A DNA stretch of 25,913 bases from Octopus sinensis (Eukaryota): the NCBI RefSeq assembly GCF_006345805.1, contig NW_021835663.1, positions 1 through 25,913 on the forward strand, read 5' to 3'. Shown here piece after piece: positions 18,301-25,913 of the stretch (position 1 is the stretch's first letter; each line of letters starts with the position of its first letter). The position numbers and the translations under genes were made by a program. The notes beneath the pieces are model-generated. The model saw only the letters and a list, made by a program, of their open reading frames with translations, had not been told where the DNA came from and ran no database searches.

Positions 18301-20178
18301 TCAAACTCGTCTTTGTTTTTTTTTTTTTGTGAGAAGCTCAGTACTTCTTCAGAGGTTTGCAGAATGGCTGTTTTCAGGTGCTCCCAAAGCACTTCAGAGG
18401 AGGGGTCTGAGGGGTAACTGGGATCTTGAAGCTTTAACTGGAGGTTTGCCTGGAAGTTAGCTTTCACTTCAGCTGACTGCAGGATGCTGACCTGGAACCT
18501 CCTCATTTGACCTCCACCCCTCTTTGTCTTGGATTTGAAATAGAGGCTGAGTTTGCAGTGGATAAGATGGTGGTCATCACCAAAGATGATGACCTTGTCG
18601 TTTGCTGGGGTCTCTTGGGGGAGGCTGCACAGGTCAGCATAGAACTTATCCTTTTCTGCAAAGTCAGCTTGTTGGGTTGGGGCATACACACTGAAGAGAG
18701 TAGCATGTTGTTTGTTTGGGATGGGAAGACACATGGAGATGATAAGATCAGAATGACCTGTTGGGAGGTTTTCTAGCTTGGAGGCAATAGAGTTTCTGAC
18801 CATGAAGCTGACACCAGAGAGATGTCTTTCAGCCTGTGGCTTGCTGGACCAGTAGAGAATGTAGCCTGCACCATGTTGTTGAAGACTGCTTTCATCTGTG
18901 AAGCGAACTTCACTGAGGACAGCAGTCTCAATGTTCAATCTGGAGAGTTCTTGTGCAACAAGAGCAGAACGTCATTCTGGCCTGCTGCTGTCAGTCATGT
19001 CTATCATGGTTCTGATGTTCTATCATACCAGTTTGAAACCATGTATACCTGATAAGGCAGGTGTGAATATTCTTCTCATTGTTGTTATTTGATCACGTTA
19101 GAAGATGCCTGCTGACCATGCTTTGTCAACTGGGTTGATGAAGATGAGCTTTGATTAGGCCATCTTTTCTGTATGGAGCAAGCAGGGCTGTCCTTAAAAA
19201 GGGCTGCTTGGTCATCCAGCGTGCTGCCAAGGGATGTTGTCATCTCCAGGTCAACATCAGGCAACCAAAGCCCTGGATTGTCTGCATGCAAGATTGGAGC
19301 TGCAGTTTCCATTGACATCTTCCACCTACCATTTTTGCCATATTCCCATCGCTACAAGACTTAAGAAGGGGAGGGGGAGGTTGTGGACATGGACTCATTC
19401 TCAGGCCTATGCAAATGGAGTTTTGAGGTGGAGTACTGTGTATGCAGTATTGTCCCCACCCTTCACACCTGGAGTTCATCGAGGTCCTTGGGTTGCAGGT
19501 TTCTCCAAGGCAGGTTGCTGTACAGAACAGAAGAAACCTGTACCCTGCTACTACATGCTAATTAACCCCTAGCTGGGATCCTGACAGGTGCTACTACTCC
19601 GGGTGAGAGTAGACCTGGGACAACAGTGGCTAAGGGGTGGTCCCCCACCCCTCAAAACTGGGAACTCCTGGATGCAGTTTAAATTCATACTCAGGAACCA
19701 ATTCTAGAGGAATATTAACTACATCAATGTCACATGTCCCTTTGGATGTGTGAAGGCCATGTGAGCTGTGTCTCTGCATTAAACCTATAAAACATCACAT
19801 TAAACACACTACACATATCATCTCAAACACTTTATACACACACACACACGCATACACACATACATATGTATCTATCTATATGCACGTGTGTGTAGCAGTG
19901 AAAGTACTTACGTATAACTGTGAGGGTGAAGTTGAACTGGACACTGCCAAAGCTGTTGGTTGCTTTACATGTGTACAATCCACTGTCTTCAATTTCAACA
20001 TCTTTGATGCGGAGTCCCATCTCCTGGATACAAAACCTCTCCCATGCAATGTTGATGGTGTGTCCATCTTTACTCCACTGCATGTAGGGTGGTGGTGTGG
20101 AAGTGATGGGGCAGCGAAACCTGAAGTTCTTACCGATGTAGGCAAAGAAGACTGCCGTCTGGTTAATAAAGGGAGGAC
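4048..20178 (-). CDS. FGFRL1: FGF receptor-like 1 (FGFRL1/nou-darake family), 5'-incomplete: 3 Ig domains, TM helix, 72-aa tail without kinase; exons 20178-19912, 9227-9162, 8031-7741, 6999-6881, 5288-5051, 4388-4048
   Basis: All introns are GT-AG with compatible phases (1,1,1,0,1). The exons total 1322 nt and are open to TAA at 4050-4048. Motifs match vertebrate FGFRL1 as recalled: KMKKKAIPRPAGSS (human KMRRRVIARPVGSS), KFVVL..G..W.RPDGSY.NKL, YICLGA, and V.P|DPK at the Ig3/stalk junction. No kinase domain before the stop. Confidence 0.93.
5051..5288 (-). CDS. FGFRL1: FGFRL1 Ig3 second half (238 nt, phase 0-1): WLKWVDDP...KFVVLKSGGNWKRPDGSYVNKL...YICLGATSFGFSCRQAFLKVHP
   Basis: Acceptor ttttgttttcag|TGG, donor CCAG|gtattt. 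Contains the FGFRL1-diagnostic W.RPDGSY.NKL. Confidence 0.94.
6881..6999 (-). CDS. FGFRL1: FGFRL1 Ig3 first half (119 nt, phase 1-0): EEVHEKPQLLPPHPLNQTARRGEQASFQCHVKSEVQPLIK
   Basis: Acceptor ttgtttttcag|AA, donor AAA|gtagga. Matches KP.L...HP.N.T...G...SFQC.V.S.V.P.I of FGFRL1. Confidence 0.9.
7070..7298. repeat. 27-bp tandem repeat x8 (GGTGGTGGAAGTGGTGGTGAYGATGAT) in the Ig2/Ig3 intron
   Basis: The GGA(A/C)GT anchor occurs at 7085, 7112, 7139, 7166, 7193, 7220, 7247 and 7274. Confidence 0.92.
7444..7627 (-). mobile_element. tRNA-derived SINE (family S1), copy 2
   Basis: As copy 1. Confidence 0.68.
7741..8031 (-). CDS. FGFRL1: FGFRL1 Ig2 exon (291 nt, phase 1-1), with N-terminal polybasic patch EPRFLHLRKMKKKAIPRP
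   Basis: Acceptor ttctttgttttgaag|CT, donor GTCG|gtaagt. Ig motifs FRCRASGNPQPEIQWLK and DSGQYTCVVTN. Confidence 0.93.
8299..8431. repeat. Fold-back inverted repeat, 60-bp arms (8299-8358 / 8372-8431), 4 mismatches, 13-nt loop, at the 5' end of a truncated RTE-tail copy
   Basis: Direct reverse-complement comparison. Confidence 0.88.
8359..8503 (+). mobile_element. Short 3'-end copy of RTE family 1 (or its SINE partner)
   Basis: GTTGGCATTAGGAAGGGCATCC...CATGCCAGCATAGAAAATGGACGTTAAATGATG. Confidence 0.75.
9162..9227 (-). CDS. FGFRL1: FGFRL1 Ig1-Ig2 linker exon (66 nt, phase 1-1): PEKKEGTQQNNLYPHQLDPTGA(T)
   Basis: Acceptor (ttg)n-ttctttccag|CT, donor GCAA|gtaagt. Length is divisible by 3, no stop, and the phases match both neighbouring exons. 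No expression evidence; not in the ORF track. Confidence 0.75.
9519..9778 (+). mobile_element. tRNA-derived SINE with CORE-like segment
   Basis: A-box-like TGGCCTAGTGG, B-box-like GGTTTCAATTCC, then GTGTTCTTGAGAAAGACACTT (resembles the CORE domain start) and an (ACT)n tail. Confidence 0.65.
9920..10210 (-). mobile_element. 3'-end copy of RTE family 1 with several short AAAAAGCAC units
   Basis: Shares the (CAT)n-TTTAACGTCCG...GGATGCCCTTC block. Confidence 0.75.
10282..10430. repeat. Fold-back inverted repeat, 70-bp arms (10282-10351 / 10361-10430); outer 48 bp perfect; contains HHR-B; probable Penelope-like element remnant
   Basis: Direct reverse-complement comparison. Seven differences, all transitions, all near the loop. 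Confidence 0.88.
10361..10400 (+). ncRNA. Minimal type I hammerhead motif (HHR-B), predicted GUA cleavage after A10395
   Basis: Stem I ACTGT/ACAGT; core CTGATGA(10366-10372); vestigial stem II ATAGGAACGT; GAA(10383-10385); stem III ACTC-T-GAGT; H17 = A. Confidence 0.62.
10435..10906 (+). mobile_element. Non-autonomous Helitron, 5' region partly deleted
   Basis: 3' end CCCG-agcaacgc-CGGG hairpin (10879-10894) then CTAG|T (10903-10907). 5' A|TCTATA at 10434-10440. Confidence 0.75.
11025..11105 (+). pseudogene. Decayed paralogue of HHR-C (core mutated to CGGAAGG)
   Basis: Aligns end to end with the reverse complement of 21006-21088. It keeps TTCAC...GAAACAGCTGTAGTGA but has two core substitutions. 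Confidence 0.65.
11152..11663 (-). mobile_element. Non-autonomous Helitron, complete (512 bp)
   Basis: Minus strand A|TCTATATATATAAAA ... hairpin ... CTAG|T, i.e. canonical TC/CTAG ends at an AT target. About 95% identical to 10443-10906 by manual count. Confidence 0.8.
11690..11846 (+). mobile_element. Short 3'-end copy of RTE family 1
   Basis: GGAGTGGTTGGCGTTAGGAAGGGCATCC...GGACGCTAAA(TGA)n. Confidence 0.78.
12028..12180 (-). mobile_element. tRNA-derived SINE (family S1), copy 3
   Basis: As copy 1, more diverged. Confidence 0.6.
12705..13455 (-). mobile_element. 5'-truncated RTE LINE family 1 copy (VEGIRGRGRPRKTWDEVVKHDLRAL...), only about 3 minisatellite units, (GAT)n tail
   Basis: Near-identical to 545-845 and 2340-2611 in reverse complement. 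Intact GRGRPRKTW motif. Confidence 0.85.
15238..15288 (+). mobile_element. Extreme 3' tip (about 50 bp) of RTE family 1
   Basis: CTAACCCATGCCAGCATGGAAAAAAGACATTAAA(TGA)n. Confidence 0.6.
15862..16010 (+). mobile_element. SINE-like repeat sharing the GGAAG(G/T/A)GCATC core and (TGA)n-type tail with RTE family 1 but with a different 5' part
   Basis: Homologous to 20840-20970 (CTGG(C/T)CATGGGGAAATATT...GGTGACAGGAAG.GCATC). Confidence 0.55.
17287..19700 (-). mobile_element. Internally deleted, degenerate RTE LINE (family 2): 5'UTR, AP-endonuclease, start of RT, C-terminal Cys/His motif, (AAG)n tail
   Basis: ORF 17979-18938 has ETAVLSEVRF, SGVSFMV, FSVYAPT and KVIIFGD. KAVEQLKSGKTTGVDGIPPETWK marks the RT start. 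PCSLCGCTCLS*IRLVGH lies near 17400. Most of the RT is missing. The 5' boundary is approximate. Confidence 0.85.
19912..20178 (-). CDS. FGFRL1: FGFRL1 Ig1 exon (267 nt, phase 1-1): (G)PPFINQTAVFFAYIGKNFRFRCPITSTPPPYMQWSKDGHTINIAWERFCIQEMGLRIKDVEIEDSGLYTCKATNSFGSVQFNFTLTVI
   Basis: Acceptor ctctttgcag|GT, donor ATAC|gtaagt. Ig C...W...D.G.Y.C pattern. Confidence 0.92.
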
Positions 20179-20839
20179 CTGCAAAGAGAGAGAGAGAAAC
20201 AGTTGTCAGGGTTACTGTGTATCATCATCATCATCATAGTGGGGCTGTGTGGCCACTTTGGTAAATGTCTTCTACCCTAGCCCAGGACCAACCAAAGTCT
20301 CAGGACTGGATTTGGTAGATGGAAACTGAAAGAAGCCTGTTGGATCTAAATATATGTATGTCATTATTCAGTTTTATTCCAAGATTTCTTGCCAATAGAG
20401 AAAGAGCCGGTTTCTAACCTAGATCCAAGGCTCCTTCATTGGAATTTCAACTACATCAACAGGGTATTTTTGCATGTATGTGTGTATATGTGCAGTATTT
20501 GGAGTCAGTGCATGTGCAGATTTGTATGTCTTGTTTTATGTATGTATTCTCATGCATATAGTTGCATGTCTAGACATGCGCATATATGCTTAAATCATAA
20601 ACTTCTGGATAGTTTTACAGATTTTTACAGTTCCAGTGATGGCTTGGGTCTGTAGTCTTCGAATCAGTTTTCTACTTTCTGGTTTTGAGAAGCCTAACTT
20701 CTCAAGATTGGTACGTACGTATGTATGTGTGTGTGTGTGTGTGTTGTTACTGTCTTCTTGCCTTGACATCATGTGATAGCTGTGAGTGTCACTGTCATAC
20801 AAGTGGTGTCCCTTGTTTCCAATCTTCTGCAAAAATATG

Positions 20840-20970
20840 CCTGGTCATGGGGAAATATTACCTTGCAGGTAAAAGTTGGTGACAGGAAGAGCATCCAGCC
20901 ATAGAAAATCTGCCTGAAAAATCCCTTCCGACCAATGAAAGCATGGAAAAGTGATGATGATGATGATGAT
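20840..20970 (+). mobile_element. Second copy of the SINE-like repeat at 15862-16010
   Basis: Same blocks; clear (TGA)n tail at 20952-20970. Confidence 0.55.
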
Positions 20971-21005
20971 ATATATATATATACAATAACACAGGTGGGT
21001 TAAGG

Positions 21006-21088
21006 TTCACTACAGCTGTTTCAGACGTGATCTTTATTGATGAACAAAACAATTACATCATGTAAAAAAAACGTTTTCTTCAGGTGAA
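21006..21088 (-). ncRNA. Type I hammerhead motif (HHR-C), sense to FGFRL1, predicted GUA cleavage after 21011
   Basis: Minus strand: stem I TTCAC/GTGAA; core CTGAAGA(21083-21077); long imperfect stem II (ACGT/ACGT, TGATG/CATCA); GAA; perfect palindrome ACAGCTGT as stem III; H17 = A. Confidence 0.68.
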
Positions 21089-21394
21089 TTAAGAGTAAAA
21101 TTTAACATTTAGGATTTTTCACACAAATAGTATATAATGTGTATTGACCCTCTCATCATGGTTCCAGTCGACCATGGAATATGTACCAGAGTATACTCCT
21201 GTGTGACTTTATGTATTTGGTCAATACTTGTGAATGTTTGCGTAACTGGAAGGACAAATCCGTATTTATTTTGGTAAGTATGCGAGTGTCCGTATGTGAG
21301 TGTCCATACACACTTTTAGTGCACAGGTACTCTACCTTAGTGCCTCTGTTATTTAAATACCTCGATTATATCAGATCCTGAAATGTTACATATG

Positions 21395-21396
21395 TG

Positions 21397-21431
<35 letters not shown>

Positions 21432-21670
21432 GTAATATAATATATAGGTATATATATACATCTTTATATATATAATATATGTATTATATATATACTATGT
21501 ATATATAATATATATAGGTATATATTATTAATTGTATATATATATATATATGTAATTATATATATATGTATATATATATATATATGGATATATATATAGT
21601 ATATTAATATATATTTATATTATATATATATGTATATATATATTATATATAGGTATATATAATATATATG
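21395..21670. repeat. Interrupted (TA)n microsatellite
   Basis: Direct reading. Confidence 0.95.
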
Positions 21671-21672
21671 TA

Positions 21673-22523
21673 TCATCATCATCACATAATCATCATCATT
21701 TAGCGTCCGTTTTCCATGCTACATTGTGGACGGTTCTACTGGGGTCTGGAAGCCAGAAGGCTTCATCAGGCCCACAATCTGGCAGTGTTTCTACGGCTGG
21801 ATCCCTTCTAACGCCAACCACTCCGTGAGTAGTGGGTGCTTTTTACGTGCCACCGCACTGGTGCCAGACAGAGCTGGCAAATGGCCACGAACGGATGGTG
21901 CTTTTTATGTGCCACCGGCACGAGGGCCAGGCGAGGCTGGCACGGACACGAAACGGGGCGGTGCTGGCAACGGTCGCGAAACGGAAAGTTCTCTTACATG
22001 CCACCGGCACTGGTAACACATCTGCAATTTCCTTGATCGATTTCGATTCTGATCCTCACTTGCCTCAATGGTCTTCACAAGCAGAGTTTCGACATGCCAC
22101 CGGCACTGGTAGCACATCCGCAATTTCCATTGATCGATTTCGATTCTGATCCTCACTTGCCTCAACACGTCTTCACAAGTAGAGTTTTGTGCCCAAGAAG
22201 GGAATGTATGCATACGTAGGCTGGCTCCATCCCATGTAGAAGGCCACGGGTTGTGGACTCACTTGTCCTGCCGGGTCTTCTCACGCACAGCACACTTCCG
22301 AGGTCTCGGTCTCTAGTCATTCCTCAGTGAGACCTAAAGTTCGAAGGTCGTGCTTCACCACCTCGTCCCAGGTTTCCTGGGTCTGCCTCTTCCACAGGTT
22401 CCCTCAACCGCTAGGGTGTGGCACTTTTTCACACAACTATCTTCATCCATTCTCGCCACATGACCATACCAGCGCAAACGTCTCTCTGCACACCACAACT
22501 GATGCTTCTTAGGTCCAGCTTTT
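21673..22523 (-). mobile_element. 5'-truncated RTE LINE, diverged subfamily of family 1, with a 96-bp tandem duplication (about 21996-22187) in the 3'UTR
   Basis: The reverse complement encodes a frameshifted RRLRWYGHVARMDEDSCVKKC...GRGRPRK.WDEVVKHDLRTLGLTE and has the same 3' end and tail. Confidence 0.8.
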
Positions 22524-22692
22524 ATATGTATATATATATATATTGTCTAGTATATATATATATGTCTATATATATATATATATTATATATATATATATAT
22601 AGTATATATATATATATCTATGTATATATATATATATATTATATGATATATATATATATATATGTAATAATATATATAATATATATATATAG

Positions 22693-22723
<31 letters not shown>

Positions 22724-22727
22724 TATG

Positions 22728-22777
<50 letters not shown>

Positions 22778-22791
22778 TATGTATATATAAT

Positions 22792-22875
<84 letters not shown>

Positions 22876-22900
22876 TATATATATCTATATATATATCTAT
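22524..22900. repeat. Long interrupted (TA)n microsatellite; shorter (TA)n, (CA)n and (GA)n tracts occur throughout the window (e.g. 1-82, 3200-3770, 8582-8630, 11846-11975, 15288-15365)
   Basis: Direct reading. Confidence 0.95.
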
Positions 22901-22904
22901 TAGA

Positions 22905-23330
22905 TCTTCTCTATATATAAAACTGAAATGCGTTTTCACCGCTTGGATCGCTTTCAAAGCCACTACATCCCGACCGATTTGCTCCAAAATTTACAGGGAC
23001 ATGTAGAATGAGGTGACGATGCCCGTGGGCTACCTTAGAAATCCCTAGCTTGAAAGGTGTGGTTGCTAGGGGCCATCTTCCTCACTCACGCTATTTCCTC
23101 CTTTCCCTCTCTTACTCCCCTTCATTAATAACTTTGAGTAGTCCACTCCCGTTATTTAATGTATTCCCCTCAACTCCCTTTCACTTTCCCTTTATAAGTT
23201 CATCAGGCGGCGTTCTTTGATGTATCTGTCTGCATTCATAGGGAGAATTATCATCGCTACCAACAACACACAATCATGAGAACAAATATTATGAATCAGA
23301 TATTCATTGCGTTCATTTACATATGTGTGT
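22905..23330 (+). mobile_element. Possible 5' fragment of another non-autonomous Helitron
   Basis: Begins TCTATATATAAAACTG, like the 5' end of the 11152-11663 element. No 3' hairpin or CTAG found, and the right boundary is uncertain. Confidence 0.35.
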
Positions 23331-23631
23331 GTGTGTGTTCGATATATAAATATGTATATATAATGTATATATACAAAGTGTATATATCTGTATTTATGTA
23401 TATTAAACTTTTTAATACTTTTTGATAGTTATATATATTTTTAAACAAATTACAAATATAATTTAATAATTTTTATTTTAAATTTAAATAATTTAAATTT
23501 TTCAATTTTATATATTTTCTATATTATATTTTTATTTTTATGTTTTTTTTTGTTTTTTTTTTGCCTATTAGTGGTTTTATCTCTAATTTAATTTATACAT
23601 AAATATATATAATTTGTATATATAATGCGTG

Positions 23632-23665
<34 letters not shown>

Positions 23666-23718
23666 ATGTGTGCATTATGTGGTTGGTCGGTTGAGCTGAA
23701 AATATGCACACCTATGAA

Positions 23719-24782
23719 CCCTTTCGTTACTATATTTCTGACCAAAATACACCCCTTATGTGTTTCAATTAATTTCTAACGTAATCATAAAGTTAGTCTG
23801 GTTTCTTTAAACAACTATAACTTTTTTATTTATCAATATATTAACATGAATTTTGGAAGATAATTTAATGAAATGTTCTCAACCAATTCTATACTATAAT
23901 TTTTGTCACAAAGTGACTCTAATTGCAGGTAGATACAGGTAAATTCAACAAAATATAAAATTATTAAAATTTTGTTCAAACATCGCTATAGAAAATGTGT
24001 TATTAGCTAATATTCAATTGGGTATACAACAAAATTTTACAATAGAATTTGTTATTCTGGGTAACTTTCTGATACCCATAATAATATTTATGGCAAAATA
24101 GTCTTAATTTAATTTAAGGTTGTGGGAAACAACTAACTATCCTTTCTTTCGCTTTGTTTATATTTAGCGTAATGGTTCGTTTCTGCCATAATGATTTCAA
24201 ATAGGCTCATTCGAAAAAGTAAAAAGAAATAGTCTAAGGCTTTACTCTCCTGGAAAAGTCTGTGGCTTGGTCCAGTTTCTTCAGAAAAATCACCGAAAGA
24301 AACAGTTTTTCAATTTTCCCTCCATTCAGGTGCCAATTCATTTTCTTTATCGCTGTTGGAGCTCTCGGATTCACTGTTTTCACTTTCGGAAAATGAAACA
24401 TCATATTCATTATCAAATACCACGTGCTTTTTTTTTTTTCAGTCATAGAGTTAGATTTATCAAGGTCTTCAGGAGAAAATCCTTCGAATTCTGACTCGCT
24501 GCTTGATATGATGAAATTTGTATCCATTTTTTGTCAGAATTACAAAGTTTGAAAACACAATAGGAACAAATTTTGGAAAAAAATCTCCCAAAATTCACGG
24601 AATTAAAATTACACTTCAATCGTTGTACAAAACTGTAGATGAACTGTTTACGAAGTATAATCACGTGTTTTCACGAATGTAATAAAGAGATTTGCTCTGA
24701 TATTCTCATTTAAATATGAATAGGTAAATACGGGCGGTCACATTAACCAAAATTTCTTTCGGGCGGTTTGGTAACGAAAGGG
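23719..24782 (-). mobile_element. Internally deleted piggyBac-family DNA transposon
   Basis: 12-bp TIRs CCCTTTCGTTAC / GTAACGAAAGGG; TTAA on the right (24783-24786), TGAA on the left. The minus-strand remnant (about 24050-24527) has an acidic N-terminus SESEFEGFS and DYFFLLF...IIMAETNHYAK...PTTLN*IK...IIMGIRKLPRI, resembling the start of piggyBac/PGBD transposases. Confidence 0.78.
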
Positions 24783-25539
24783 TTAAAAGTGCTGGCAAGT
24801 TTGCATGACAACTATTTTTTTCCTCAAATGAAAGGCGTGACCTCTAGGACAAAATTCCTCATCTTATAAAATGTGGCCCCAGTACACCCGAATGAAATCG
24901 CGTTATATTAACCAAAAGGTAAAAAGGGGTATAAATGGGGCTGGAAGGGGAGTAAAATTTAAAGCGGGTGTTTAGGAATTCTCTGTTACATCAAGCTAAA
25001 AAATTTGCGCCAGCCTTTTAATCTTCAATGTGTTGCCGTCCATGATGAAGAGGTTTTGAATGCTTGCCATGGTGAGTCTACTGTTGTGAAAAAGAATCAC
25101 TTCAAAACTTGGTGTTTACGAATTTTCTTTTACATCAAGTTCAAAATTTTATGCCAGCCATTAAACTGTCAAAACGTTGCTGTCCGTCGTTAAGAAAAGC
25201 CAGCCATGCTGACTCTACTACCCTCAGATTCTATCCCTTCAAACTTTGCTTTCCAATATTTTATTATTTTTATTCAGCTCACAAGTTCGTCTGTCCCTTT
25301 TAAATGTTAGTGTTTTGCTGTCTGCCTTGAAGCAGACCTTTCCGTTGCCACTGCCTGATATTTATGATTGATCTTTCTAAATATTTTATTTCTCAACTTA
25401 CTCAAGATCTTTTGTTGTTTATAAATGGGAAAGAGATAGATAAATATAGAGAGTAAGAGAAAGCGAGGGAGAGTCCGAGAGAAAGGAAGAGTAAGAGAGG
25501 GGAAGTGAGAGAGAAAGGAGAGAGAAACAAAGAGGGAGA

Positions 25540-25795
25540 ATCATCATCATCATCATCGTTTAACGTCCATTTTCCATGCTAGCACGGGTTGGACAGTTTG
25601 ACCGGGGTCTGGGAAGCCAGGAGGCTGCACCAGGCTCCAGTCTGATCTGGCAGTGTTTCTACAGGTGGATGCCCTTCCTAACGCCAACCACTCTGTGAGC
25701 GTAGTGGGTGCTTTTTTCATGCCGCCGGCACAGGTGCCAGGGGGGCTAGCAACGGCCACGAGCGGTTGGTGGTTTTTACGTGCCACCAGCACAGG
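25540..25795 (-). mobile_element. 3'-end copy of RTE family 1
   Basis: (CAT)n-CGTTTAACGTCC...GGATGCCCTTCCTAACGCCAACC, plus 2 GGCAC units. Confidence 0.78.
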
Positions 25796-25913
25796 GGGAA
25801 GGGGAGACAGAGCAAAAGAGACGAAGGGGGGTGCTTGAGGTTTGTGAATTCAATCTCAAGTTTTCAAACTTCATTGTTCACTGGAACTACACATCAGCAA
25901 CAAAAACATCATC

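Noticed and set aside
2445-25838. Many 60-135 aa ORFs rich in Y/I/H/T/C/V or poly-M/H/D
   Set aside because: They are translations of (TA)n, (CA)n and (GAT)n microsatellites and repeat tails.
20179-25913. FGFRL1 signal-peptide exon
   Set aside because: No minus-strand ATG plus hydrophobic segment ending at a phase-1 donor was found; it probably lies beyond the window.

Overview
Eukaryotic genomic DNA, AT-rich and dense in microsatellites. The repeat repertoire and gene content suggest an octopod cephalopod (inference). One protein-coding gene can be supported: an FGFRL1 / nou-darake-type FGF receptor-like gene on the minus strand. Six exons splice in frame (20178-19912 Ig1; 9227-9162 linker, missing from the ORF track; 8031-7741 Ig2; 6999-6881 and 5288-5051 Ig3; 4388-4048 TM plus a kinase-less tail). 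Together they give about 440 aa; the signal-peptide exon was not found. The rest is transposon-derived. It includes many 5'-truncated copies of an RTE-clade LINE (one carrying a 67-bp minisatellite expanded to about 1.6 kb), an internally deleted second RTE, two convergent non-autonomous Helitrons forming a ~470-bp inverted repeat, an internally deleted piggyBac, and several SINEs. The most notable unannotated signal is a set of type I hammerhead-ribozyme motifs from three different sequence families (207-266 +, 10361-10400 +, 21006-21088 -, plus a decayed copy at 11025-11105). All have a palindromic stem III of the kind known from Penelope-like elements and retrozymes, and two sit in fold-back hairpins whose antisense arm would mask the cleavage site. 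All alignments and folds were done by eye, and nothing was confirmed by database search.
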